Made by a program: the position numbers and the translations under genes. The notes under the pieces are model-generated. The model made no database searches. It was not told the DNA's origin and saw nothing but the letters and a program-made list of their open reading frames with translations. From positions 54,189 through 86,188 of the forward strand of contig LVZN01000084.1 in the NCBI GenBank assembly GCA_001695645.1: a stretch of 32,000 bases of DNA, in the 5' to 3' direction. This DNA is from Erysipelotrichaceae bacterium MTC7. GTDB taxonomy: Bacteria; Bacillota_I; Bacilli_A; Erysipelotrichales; Erysipelotrichaceae. Of the stretch, positions 8,832-16,903 are shown in pieces (within the stretch, counting starts at the first letter, position 1; every line of letters starts with the position of its first letter).

Positions 8832-9566
8832 ATGAAAAAGATAAACGAATACATCGAAGTTGTTGAAGCACAACTTCATACAGCTTTGCAACAAGATGCG
8901 ATAATTGATGCTTGTGCAAGTCAATTTGCTAAAACCATCGTGGATGGCGGAGTCATCCATGTATTTGGTTGTGGTCATTCACAAATGTTTGGTGAGGAAT
9001 TGTGTTTTCGTACGGGTGGACTTGTGCCAATCAATGCGATAAAAATTCCCCAATTTAATATTTACCCCAAAGCGCGCTTATCCCAATTGATGGAGCGAAC
9101 CGAAGGGTTTGTTGGCGGTGTTTTGGATAGTATGAATATTAGTGAAGCAGATACGATGGTCATTGTTTCTGTATCCGGACGTAATGCTGCTGGGATTGAT
9201 ATGGCAATTGAAGCAAAAAAGCGCGGCATGTTTGTCATTGGTGTGACAAGTCTAGCTTATGCAAATGGCGTAACAAGCCGACACAGTTCTTCAAAGATGC
9301 TACATGATGTAAGCGATCTAACTTTGGATCTCTGTGGAGTTAAGGGTGATGCAGCCTTGCAAGATGCACGCGTTTCAGAAGCCTTTGGTTCAACAAGCAC
9401 CGTTGTTGGTATGAGTTTGCTCAACGGAATTGTGGCAGAGTGTATCGTGAAACTTGCCGATGCAGGTATGGATCCACCGATATGGGTGAGTGGTAATGTT
9501 GATCGTGGTGATGAAGCAAACCAGAAATATATGAAAGCATACAAAGGTAAAATCGATATTATCTAG
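8832..9566 (+). CDS. SIS (sugar isomerase) domain protein, UPF0309-like
   Basis: IHVFGCGHSQMFGEE...RTGGLVPINAI and VSVSGRNAAGIDMA resemble the UPF0309/SIS family. Confidence 0.75.
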   Translation: MKKINEYIEVVEAQLHTALQQDAIIDACASQFAKTIVDGGVIHVFGCGHSQMFGEELCFRTGGLVPINAIKIPQFNIYPKARLSQLMERTEGFVGGVLDSMNISEADTMVIVSVSGRNAAGIDMAIEAKKRGMFVIGVTSLAYANGVTSRHSSSKMLHDVSDLTLDLCGVKGDAALQDARVSEAFGSTSTVVGMSLLNGIVAECIVKLADAGMDPPIWVSGNVDRGDEANQKYMKAYKGKIDII

Positions 9567-9571
9567 TCATT

Positions 9572-9607
9572 GTACATGCACAAACTATGTGCGTGTACTT
9601 TCTTTTT
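9572..9607 (+). terminator. Intrinsic terminator
   Basis: GTACATGCAC / GTGCGTGTAC 10-bp stem (one G-U pair), 7-nt loop, then TTTCTTTTT. Confidence 0.8.
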
Positions 9608-9703
9608 AAAAACTCCAAAATGTTGTTTAGCTCGTTCACGATACAACAAGGTGGAATCTTTTGTTAAATAATTGAAGATGAAGCTAAATAGTTCACAAAA
9701 AGG

Positions 9704-9732
9704 TTGCAAAGCCATGTCATTTGTCTTACAAT
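9704..9732 (+). promoter_or_regulatory. Sigma-A-type promoter for rplM-rpsI
   Basis: TTGCAA (9704-9709), 17-nt spacer, TACAAT (9727-9732). Confidence 0.65.
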
Positions 9733-9737
9733 AAAAC

Positions 9738-9773
9738 ATGGCATGAAAGCCATTGTAGCCCCGGAAACTACAA
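9738..9773 (+). promoter_or_regulatory. Structured rplM 5' leader (possible L13 autoregulatory leader)
   Basis: Two adjacent hairpins: ATGGC-ATGAAA-GCCAT (9738-9753) and TTGTAG-N9-CTACAA (9753-9773). They sit just 5' of the AAAGGAAG SD. Firmicute rplM genes are known to carry an L13 leader; homology was not verified. Confidence 0.35.
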
Positions 9774-9791
9774 TGAAAGGAAGTATTAAAC

Positions 9792-10229
9792 ATGCGACAA
9801 ACAACATTTTTGAAGCCTGCTGACGTAACACGTACTTGGTATGTAGTTGACGGTGCAGGAATGACTATGGGACGTCTTGCTACTGAAGTAGCAGCAGTAT
9901 TACGTGGAAAAAACAAACCAACATTTACACCAAATGTTGACTGTGGAGACTTCGTAATCGTAATTAACGCAGATCAAATTGTGATGACTGGAAACAAAAT
10001 GAATGATAAAAAATATTATTCACACTCAATGTATCCAGGAGGATTGAGAACACGTACAGCAAAAGAAATGAAAGCTAAATATACAGTTGAATGGGTTGAA
10101 AAAGCTATTCACGGTATGTTACCTCACACTCGTTTAGGAGACGTACAACGTCGTCACTTATTCGTGTACAAAGGAAGCACTCATCCACATGCTGCACAAC
10201 AACCAGTAGAAATGAAAATTAAAGGTTAA
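9792..10229 (+). CDS. rplM: 50S ribosomal protein L13 (uL13)
   Basis: MRQTTFLKPADVTRTWYVVDGAGMTMGRLAT... is a canonical L13 sequence. Confidence 0.97.
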   Translation: MRQTTFLKPADVTRTWYVVDGAGMTMGRLATEVAAVLRGKNKPTFTPNVDCGDFVIVINADQIVMTGNKMNDKKYYSHSMYPGGLRTRTAKEMKAKYTVEWVEKAIHGMLPHTRLGDVQRRHLFVYKGSTHPHAAQQPVEMKIKG

Positions 10230-10243
10230 GGAGGAAATAAGAG

Positions 10244-10645
10244 ATGGCAACTAAGAAAAATGTATCTTACAACGGAACTGGACGTAGAAAAAGTTCTGTA
10301 GCCCGCGTCTTCTTGACTCCGGGAACTGGTAATATTGTTGTTAATGGTAAAACATTAGAAGAATACTTACCACTAGAAACTTTAAGAATGGTGGTTCGTT
10401 CACCATTAGAAACAACTGACACACTTTCTCAATTCGATGTAAAAATCAATGTTAAAGGTGGAGGATACACTGGACAAGCTGGAGCAATGCGTCATGGTAT
10501 TGCACGTGCTTTACTAGAAGTATCTATTGACTACCGTGCAGGATTAAAAGCTGAAGGGTTCTTAACACGTGACCCTCGTATGAAAGAACGTAAAAAATAC
10601 GGACTTAAAGCAGCTCGTCGTGCACCACAATTCTCAAAACGTTAA
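10244..10645 (+). CDS. rpsI: 30S ribosomal protein S9 (uS9)
   Basis: The C-terminus [16 protein letters not shown] is the S9 signature. GGAGG SD is present upstream. Confidence 0.97.
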   Translation: MATKKNVSYNGTGRRKSSVARVFLTPGTGNIVVNGKTLEEYLPLETLRMVVRSPLETTDTLSQFDVKINVKGGGYTGQAGAMRHGIARALLEVSIDYRAGLKAEGFLTRDPRMKERKKYGLKAARRAPQFSKR

Positions 10646-10676
10646 TATTATCCCAAAAATCAAATGTTATGAAGCA

Positions 10677-10706
10677 GAAAAGGTACCGCAAGGTACCTTT
10701 TCTTTA
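10677..10706 (+). terminator. Intrinsic terminator after rpsI
   Basis: GAAAAGGTACC-GCAA-GGTACCTTTTC perfect hairpin followed by TTT. Confidence 0.9.
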
Positions 10707-10734
10707 TATCAAGGTTGTAAAAAATAATTTGCAA

Positions 10735-10762
10735 TTACAAATGGATGTAATATGTGTATAAT
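10735..10762 (+). promoter_or_regulatory. Putative promoter for the DUF4230 gene
   Basis: TTACAA (10735-10740), 16-nt spacer, TATAAT (10757-10762). Confidence 0.4.
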
Positions 10763-10796
10763 ATTCAATAACAATGTTTTGTTGATAGGGGGCATT

Positions 10797-11420
10797 ATGG
10801 AAAAGAAACAAAAAGGTACAATTAGTAAAATATTTACTTTGAAGCGAATAGGATTGATGATAGTTGCAATTGCTTTGGTTATTGTTGGTTTAGTCATCGG
10901 TTCAAATACTTCGTTTACGACGGAAAGTAAAACAACAAATCTAAGTTTTGAAGATATTGGACAACTAGCAACACAAGAAGCCTACGCCACAGAAGTGAAT
11001 CACACAGAAGATGCTAGAACATTCTTTGGCATAGAAATTCCACTTACAAAATCTAAACAGGTATATAGCTATGATGTCATCATCAAAGCGGGCTTTAATT
11101 TTGAACAAATCAAACCTGAAATTGATCATGATAAAAAAATGATTACTGTACAAATGCCTGAACCACAGGTTCTAAGTAATGAAATTGTCGAAGACTCACT
11201 AAAAGTATATGTAGAAGACGAAAGTATCTTTAAAAAAATAACACTAGAAGATATAAGTGAAGCAAGAAAAACAATGAAAGAAAATGCTGAAAAAAGTGCA
11301 ATTGAGAAGGGCTTATTCAAAAGTGCAAAAGCAAATGCAGAAACTTTATTAGAAGCATTTATACGAGAGAATGAAGATTTTAATGAGTATCAAATCAAGT
11401 TTTCGCATAAGGAGAATTAG
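10797..11420 (+). CDS. DUF4230-like membrane-anchored protein
   Basis: Start taken at MEKKQKG (10797), because 10752 lies inside the predicted promoter. N-terminal TM segment IGLMIVAIALVIVGLVI. The segment YSYDVIIKAGFNFEQI...ITVQMPEPQVLSNEI resembles DUF4230. Confidence 0.6.
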   Translation: MEKKQKGTISKIFTLKRIGLMIVAIALVIVGLVIGSNTSFTTESKTTNLSFEDIGQLATQEAYATEVNHTEDARTFFGIEIPLTKSKQVYSYDVIIKAGFNFEQIKPEIDHDKKMITVQMPEPQVLSNEIVEDSLKVYVEDESIFKKITLEDISEARKTMKENAEKSAIEKGLFKSAKANAETLLEAFIRENEDFNEYQIKFSHKEN

Positions 11421-11423
11421 TAT

Positions 11424-11504
11424 ATGAAAACCTTAAAACGAATTGTAATTACGGTGATTGCTATCATTGTCCTGTTTTACCTATACTTGTTTTTGACTGC
11501 ATAA
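11424..11504 (+). CDS. Candidate 26-aa hydrophobic small protein (MKTLKRIVITVIAIIVLFYLYLFLTA)
   Basis: ATG lies 9 nt after AAGGAGAA, which overlaps the end of the upstream gene. It encodes a single predicted TM helix and a terminator-like hairpin follows. It is below the ORF-track length cut-off. Confidence 0.35.
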   Translation: MKTLKRIVITVIAIIVLFYLYLFLTA

Positions 11505-11573
11505 AGCGAAACACTTACAATAACTGTGTTTTTTTCGCTGATATGTGCAAGTTCCATATGGAACTAACAGCTG

Positions 11574-11602
11574 TTGATTCTATGTGAGAAAAAGGCTATG
11601 AT
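11574..11602 (+). promoter_or_regulatory. Putative promoter for the flavodoxin/ferredoxin gene
   Basis: TTGATT (11574-11579), 17-nt spacer, TATGAT (11597-11602). Confidence 0.45.
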
Positions 11603-11689
11603 TTTAACAAGAGATGATTTTTACTTCAAGGTGGACGACTGATCTATTATGTGGCTGCAAAGGAGTAATCAAGATCCATGGAGGGAAAC

Positions 11690-12448
11690 ATGCATACACA
11701 CGCGATATATTTTAGTCCAACCTATGGGACAGAGAAGATTGTTTGTTCTGTAGCCAAAACCTTTGGTGAATACACGACAATGGATTTATGTAAGCCAAAC
11801 GAAACGTATCAGGCAACATTTGATACAGATGATCTTTGCATAGTTGGTGTACCAGCTTATGGAGGTCGTGTGCCTAAAACGGCGATGGAACGTTTGGAGA
11901 ATTTTAAAGGTAATCAAACACGAGTGATTTTGGTTGTATCCTATGGAAATCGAGCGTTTGAAGATACATTAAAAGAACTCGGTGACTTATTACAAGCGAA
12001 TGGTTTTATTTGTGTAGGGGCGATTGCTGCAATTGCAGAGCATAACATTGCACATCAATTTGCAAAAGGTAGACCAGATCAACAAGATCAGGTGGATGTA
12101 CAAAGTTTTGCCAAACAATTAAAGGAAAAAATTGAATCAACAAATGGAAGAAATGCAGTAGAATTGCCAGGTAATTTTCCATATAAGATATATAAAGGAA
12201 GCACAAACAAGCCAACCACGGATAGCCGTTGTATTTCTTGTGGCATTTGTGCGCGTTTATGTCCAGTGGGTGCGATACCAATTGAAAAACCTTATGCAAC
12301 CAATCACAATGTTTGCATACAGTGCATGCGTTGTATTGATGCATGTCCTGAAAAAGCACGTGCACTTGATGCAGTGATGTTGGAACAGTTGTACAAACAT
12401 CTAGAACCACTTTGTACATCACGAAAAGAAAACGAACTCTTCATCTAG
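11690..12448 (+). CDS. Flavodoxin-like domain fused to a 2x[4Fe-4S] ferredoxin domain (EFR1-type)
   Basis: Start at MHTHAIYFSPTYGTEK, with GGAGGG 5 nt upstream. Two CxxCxxCxxxCP clusters are present: CISCGICARLCP and CIQCMRCIDACP. Confidence 0.75.
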   Translation: MHTHAIYFSPTYGTEKIVCSVAKTFGEYTTMDLCKPNETYQATFDTDDLCIVGVPAYGGRVPKTAMERLENFKGNQTRVILVVSYGNRAFEDTLKELGDLLQANGFICVGAIAAIAEHNIAHQFAKGRPDQQDQVDVQSFAKQLKEKIESTNGRNAVELPGNFPYKIYKGSTNKPTTDSRCISCGICARLCPVGAIPIEKPYATNHNVCIQCMRCIDACPEKARALDAVMLEQLYKHLEPLCTSRKENELFI

Positions 12449-12465
12449 ACATGAAGAGTTTTTTC
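12435..12465 (+). terminator. Intrinsic terminator
   Basis: AACTCTTCAT-CTAGAC-ATGAAGAGTT 10-bp hairpin spanning the stop codon, then TTTT. Confidence 0.8.
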
Positions 12466-12504
12466 ATTTTATGATATAATCCAAATAGACGGTGAGGAAC
12501 ATAT

Positions 12505-13119
12505 ATGAAGGATACATGGTTGGACTGGGCTATTGCTTTGCAAAGTATTGCACAAGCAGGACTTACATATGGAAAGGATGTTTTTGATTTAGAACGTTAC
12601 GAACAAGTGCGTGAGATTGCAGCAAGTATGATTGCACATCAATCGCAAATTCCGTTGGAAAAAGTGAAGACCTTATTTTGTAACGAAGAGGGGTATCAAA
12701 CACCAAAGTTAGATACTAGAGCAGCTATTTTTAAGGATGATGCTATTTTGTTGGTGCAAGAACATAATGGAAAATGGTCACTTCCTGGTGGTTGGGTTGA
12801 TGTGGATTTATCGATTTAAGAAAATACCATCAAAGAAGTGAAAGAAGAAGCAGGACTTGATGTTGAAACGAAACGTATCATCGCTATCCATGATCGAGAT
12901 AAACACAATCAACCACGGTATGCGTATGGTGTGTGTAAAATATTTGTTGAATGTGTTGCACTTGGCGGAAGTTTTCAAGAAAACAGTGAAACGTTAGGTT
13001 GTGCCTATTTCAAAATAGATGAACTACCTGCTTTGGAACTTGCAAAGAATAATAAAGAACAGGTGTTAGTATGCTTTGAAGCACATTCTCAAAACAACTG
13101 GACAGTACAATTTGATTAG
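12505..13119 (+). pseudogene. NUDIX hydrolase (with N-terminal NUDIX-associated domain) interrupted by one in-frame TAA
   Basis: ORFs 12505-12819 and 12838-13119 are in the same frame. Read through, the junction gives PGGWVDVDLSI*ENTIKEVKEEAGLDV, so the stop (12817-12819) lies inside the Nudix box. An extended -10 (TGATATAAT at 12472-12480), an SD and a terminator are all retained. Confidence 0.7.
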
Positions 13120-13139
13120 CAACCTTGGTTGCTTTTTTT
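13118..13139 (+). terminator. Intrinsic terminator
   Basis: GCAAC-CTTG-GTTGC hairpin followed by T7. Confidence 0.75.
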
Positions 13140-13228
13140 ATGTCAAAAAGACTTTACATCACTTGCATGTAAAAGGGATTTGATAGAAAATAAGAGTATG
13201 AACTTTTATCATGAAAGCAGGGGATGAC

Positions 13229-13651
13229 ATGGATATAGCAAAAAAACTACAAGCACAAAGAAAGGTAATGAAACTTTCCCAAGAAGCATTGGCTAATGAA
13301 CTACATGTTTCTAGACAAACCATTTCAAGTTGGGAAAACGGAAAGAGTTATCCAGATATTTACTCACTTGTACAAATTAGTGATATCTATGGCATCACGT
13401 TAGACGAATTGGTAAAAGGAGATGTGAAAATGTTAAACACAATGAAAAAAGAAAGTAAAGTTGCACAAGTAAATAAGAAAGCGATGATTATGAGTGGTAT
13501 CGGTTTGATTGGATTGGGGCTAGGTTGGATCATTCCAACTTCACATGTAAGAGAGTTTATCAGTGGTGCCGGGTTTGGCTTACTTATTGCAGGTGCATTG
13601 ATGATGATTGTCACCAAAGTTGTGCTACAACTGGCAGTGGATAAAGACTAA
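13229..13651 (+). CDS. XRE-family helix-turn-helix regulator with C-terminal transmembrane segments
   Basis: Start at MDIAKKLQAQRK. The HTH_3 motif LSQEALANELHVSRQTISSWENGKSYPD is present. The C-terminus has two hydrophobic helices (MIMSGIGLIGLGLGWII and GAGFGLLIAGALMMIV). Confidence 0.8.
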   Translation: MDIAKKLQAQRKVMKLSQEALANELHVSRQTISSWENGKSYPDIYSLVQISDIYGITLDELVKGDVKMLNTMKKESKVAQVNKKAMIMSGIGLIGLGLGWIIPTSHVREFISGAGFGLLIAGALMMIVTKVVLQLAVDKD

Positions 13652-13663
13652 ATATCGTAAGAA

Positions 13664-13692
13664 GAACATCGTTGGATGTTTTTTCTTTTTTT
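13664..13692 (+). terminator. Intrinsic terminator
   Basis: GAACATC-GTTG-GATGTTT hairpin followed by a long T-rich tract. Confidence 0.65.
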
Positions 13693-13755
13693 CACAAATC
13701 TAGTGCTCATGGACAAAACATGATAAAATAATCAAAAATAAGGAGATGTGTTTAT

Positions 13756-14736
13756 ATGATAAGAGTCGGAATTGTAGGATATGGAAACCTTGGAAAAGGT
13801 GTGGAAAGTGCTGTTATTAACAGCGACGATATGGAATTGGTTGGTGTTTTTTCAAGAAGAAATCCAGGTGATGTTGTCGTGCAAAGTGATGTGAAAGTGT
13901 ATTCCATTGATGATGCATTTATCATGAAAGATCAAATTGATGTCATGGTGATGTGTGGAGGTAGTGCAAACGATTTAGTTGAGCAAACGCCAATGTTTGC
14001 AAAACACTTTAATGTGATTGATAGTTTTGATACACATGCGCGTATCCCGGAACATTTTGCAAATGTCGATGCTGCCAGTCAAGTGGAAAAAACGGTAAGT
14101 ATTATTTCGGTTGGTTGGGATCCAGGATTATTTTCTGTGCAACGTCTGTATGGACAAGCCGTTTTACCAAACGGTAAAGATTATACATTTTGGGGGAAAG
14201 GTGTTAGTCAAGGTCACTCAGATGCGATTCGTCGCATTGAAGGGGTTCTTGATGCTAGACAGTATACCATCCCTGTTGAAGCTGCTTTAGCAAGTGTCCG
14301 CAACAATGAGGACCCTGCATTAAGCACAAGACAAAAACACACGCGTGAATGTTTTGTGGTGATTGAAGAAGGAGCAGATGCAAAGAAAATTGAAGAAACA
14401 ATCGTGCAAATGCCAAACTACTTTGCAGATTACGATACAACGGTTCATTTTATTTCAATGGAAGAATTGCAAACCAATCATGCAGGCATTCCGCATGGGG
14501 GTGTTGTATTCAGAAGTGGAAAAACGGGAATGAATTTAGAAACACATCAACTGATCGAATACAAATTGGAATTGGATTCCAATCCTGAGTTTACAGCAAG
14601 CGTACTTGTTGCTTATGCAAGAGCTGCTTACCGTTTACACCAAAACGGTGACTTTGGCTGTAAAACGGTCTTTGATATCGCTCCTGGATTGTTGCATGAA
14701 GCAGATGGAGCAACGTTAAGAAAACAACTGTTATAA
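13756..14736 (+). CDS. ddh: meso-diaminopimelate D-dehydrogenase
   Basis: Collinear with my recollection of Corynebacterium Ddh: IRVGIVGYGNLGKGVE, GWDPGLFS, FWGKGVSQGHSDAIRRI, RECFVV, PHGG, LDSNPEFTAS. Confidence 0.9.
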   Translation: MIRVGIVGYGNLGKGVESAVINSDDMELVGVFSRRNPGDVVVQSDVKVYSIDDAFIMKDQIDVMVMCGGSANDLVEQTPMFAKHFNVIDSFDTHARIPEHFANVDAASQVEKTVSIISVGWDPGLFSVQRLYGQAVLPNGKDYTFWGKGVSQGHSDAIRRIEGVLDARQYTIPVEAALASVRNNEDPALSTRQKHTRECFVVIEEGADAKKIEETIVQMPNYFADYDTTVHFISMEELQTNHAGIPHGGVVFRSGKTGMNLETHQLIEYKLELDSNPEFTASVLVAYARAAYRLHQNGDFGCKTVFDIAPGLLHEADGATLRKQLL

Positions 14737-14759
14737 TTACAGTTTATGGAGGAAGTTCT

Positions 14760-15278
14760 ATGTACTTTGCAAACTATGAAAGTCCCATTGGCGTATATAA
14801 AATGGTAAGTGACGGACAAGCACTTACGGGTCTGTATCATGTAAGTGATCCCAAAGGTGAAAAAATTGAATGCACGGACAAGCAAGAACTTCCAATTTTT
14901 AAACAAGTACGTGCTTGGCTGGATGCCTACTTTGCCGGTCAAAATCCGACAATTGAAACGTTGCCCTTGCATCTTGAAGGAACGCCGTTTCAAAAAGAAG
15001 TGTGGAATGCCTTATTGCAAGTCGAGTACGGACAACTTGCAACCTATGGCGACTTGGCAAAGGTCATTGCATCACATCGTGGGTTGAAGCGTATGTCTAG
15101 CCAAGCGGTAGGACATGCACTTGGTAAAAATCCAATTCCTGTGATTGTACCTTGTCACCGCATTGTTGGGGCAAATGGTAATCTTACGGGCTATACAGGT
15201 GGCTTGGATATTAAGACATACTTATTGAAACTTGAAGGTGTACAAATGGACACTTTGCATTACCCAAAAAAGAAATGA
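14760..15278 (+). CDS. ogt: Methylated-DNA--protein-cysteine methyltransferase
   Basis: Active-site motif IPCHRIV (here VPCHRIVG) and the TYGDLA helix-turn-wing region are present. Confidence 0.92.
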   Translation: MYFANYESPIGVYKMVSDGQALTGLYHVSDPKGEKIECTDKQELPIFKQVRAWLDAYFAGQNPTIETLPLHLEGTPFQKEVWNALLQVEYGQLATYGDLAKVIASHRGLKRMSSQAVGHALGKNPIPVIVPCHRIVGANGNLTGYTGGLDIKTYLLKLEGVQMDTLHYPKKK

Positions 15279-15285
15279 AACGATG

Positions 15286-15315
15286 ATGCTGCACTGCAAG
15301 GTGTGGCATTTTTTG
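15286..15315 (+). terminator. Intrinsic terminator
   Basis: ATGCTGCAC-TGCAAG-GTGTGGCAT hairpin (two G-U pairs) followed by T6. Confidence 0.7.
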
Positions 15316-15405
15316 TGAACAAATATTCACATGGTTTTTAAGTAAATTTTAAGAAATCTTTTCTATACTCCTTGTGAAGATGAAAACACATCTAGGAGGA
15401 GTTTT

Positions 15406-16893
15406 ATGTATATAGTAAAGAATGCACTTAGAAACATTCGTCGTATGTGGTCGAAGAATATTCTAATTGCCATTATTATTTTAATTATTGGGTTTTCCTG
15501 TGTCGTTTCTTTAAGTATTAAGGAAGCTGCAAATACAGCAAGACAAGAGGGGCTGGATGCCATCAACATTACTGCATCATTGTCCTATGACCGACAGAAG
15601 ATGATGCAAGGTATGCAACCACCAACAGAAGGTGAACAAGATAGTAGTACAGCAGAAGACATGCGTGAGCAAATGCGCGAAAATATGCAAAATCAAAACT
15701 TGAGTTTGGAAGAACTGGAAACGTATGCAAAAGCAAGTAGTGTGAGTGATTTCTATTACCAAAGTACGATGAGTATTTCTGCTAGTAGTATTGAGGCAAT
15801 TGAATCATCAAGCACACAACAGTTTGGTGGACGCCCTGGAATGATGCAAGGCGAAGGAGCGGAAACGAGTTCCTTTGTACAAGGTGACTTTTCTCTAGTA
15901 GGTATTTCTAGTGCAAGTGCACTAAGTGATTTCCAAGATGGTACTGCAGAAATCGTTGATGGGCAATTTCTTGATGTTGATGATACCAATACAGTCATGA
16001 TTTCAGAGGATCTAGCAACTTACAACTCACTTGAAGTTGGCTCAACCATTACTCTACAAAATCCAAACAATGAAAGTGAAACTTATGAAGTCAATGTTGT
16101 GGGGATCTACTCGCAAAGTACGGATCAACAAGCTATGCGTTTTCAAGATCCGGCCAACCAAATGTATACAAGTGTAGCAACTGTTGACAGCATTGCTAGT
16201 GCATCAGAAAGTAAAAGTAGTGAGACTGCCTTAACTGGTGAAATTAGTGGAACCTATGTGCTTGCTGATCTAGATGCATACGAAGCTTTTTCAGATGAAG
16301 TGTACGACCTAGGATTGTCTGAAGATTTCACAGTTCAAAGTATGGATGTCAACCAATACGAACAGTCATTGGCACCACTTGAAAATCTTGCGGATTTTGC
16401 AAATACGTTTTTCTTAGTAAGTATTATCGTGGGTGGCTTAATCTTAGTGGTTTTCCAATTTCTTAGAATCAAAGAAAGAACCTACGATATTGGAGTGTTA
16501 CGCGCTATTGGTATGAGTAAGTTTAAAATCTCACTTCAATTTATTTGTGAATTGTTAATGATTACAACAGTTTCTCTTGTGTTGTCCTTAGGAATCGGTG
16601 CGGCGACAAGTGTACCAATCACCAATCAACTACTTGCCAATCAGTCGACTTCGACAAGTGAAGTAGCCATGGGAAATATGCCTGGTGGCATGGCTCCAGG
16701 GATGTCTGAGAATAGTGAACAAAATCGTGGTGGTTTTGTTGAAAACAGTATCCAAAGTGTATCCAGTGCAACAAACTGGAAAGTAGTGCTTGAAATTTTA
16801 TTACTTGGTGTAGCGTTGACGATTATTTCTGGTAGTGTAGCGACAGTCTTTATTCAACGCTACAACACAATGAAAATATTGCAACAAGGTTAG
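15406..16893 (+). CDS. ABC transporter permease, FtsX/MacB type, with a large extracytoplasmic domain
   Basis: N-terminal TM helix, about 300 aa of extracytoplasmic domain, and a C-terminal FtsX block (RTYDIGVLRAIGMSK plus three TM helices). Met/Gly/Pro-rich low-complexity inserts are present. Confidence 0.85.
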   Translation: MYIVKNALRNIRRMWSKNILIAIIILIIGFSCVVSLSIKEAANTARQEGLDAINITASLSYDRQKMMQGMQPPTEGEQDSSTAEDMREQMRENMQNQNLSLEELETYAKASSVSDFYYQSTMSISASSIEAIESSSTQQFGGRPGMMQGEGAETSSFVQGDFSLVGISSASALSDFQDGTAEIVDGQFLDVDDTNTVMISEDLATYNSLEVGSTITLQNPNNESETYEVNVVGIYSQSTDQQAMRFQDPANQMYTSVATVDSIASASESKSSETALTGEISGTYVLADLDAYEAFSDEVYDLGLSEDFTVQSMDVNQYEQSLAPLENLADFANTFFLVSIIVGGLILVVFQFLRIKERTYDIGVLRAIGMSKFKISLQFICELLMITTVSLVLSLGIGAATSVPITNQLLANQSTSTSEVAMGNMPGGMAPGMSENSEQNRGGFVENSIQSVSSATNWKVVLEILLLGVALTIISGSVATVFIQRYNTMKILQQG

Positions 16894-16903
16894 GAGGCTA
16901 ACG

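Noticed and set aside
9563-9916. 117-aa minus-strand ORF
   Set aside because: It covers the rplM promoter, leader and 5' end in antisense. It is an artefact.
12006-12422. 138-aa minus-strand ORF
   Set aside because: It is antisense to the ferredoxin-domain gene, whose two CxxCxxCxxxCP motifs fix the + strand frame.
12817-12819. Programmed read-through or recoding of the TAA in the NUDIX gene
   Set aside because: TAA is not a known recoding codon in bacteria, and I could see no downstream stimulatory structure. A nonsense mutation or sequencing error is the simpler explanation.
14628-14993. 121-aa minus-strand ORF across the ddh/ogt junction
   Set aside because: It is antisense to two well-supported genes and has no translation signals.
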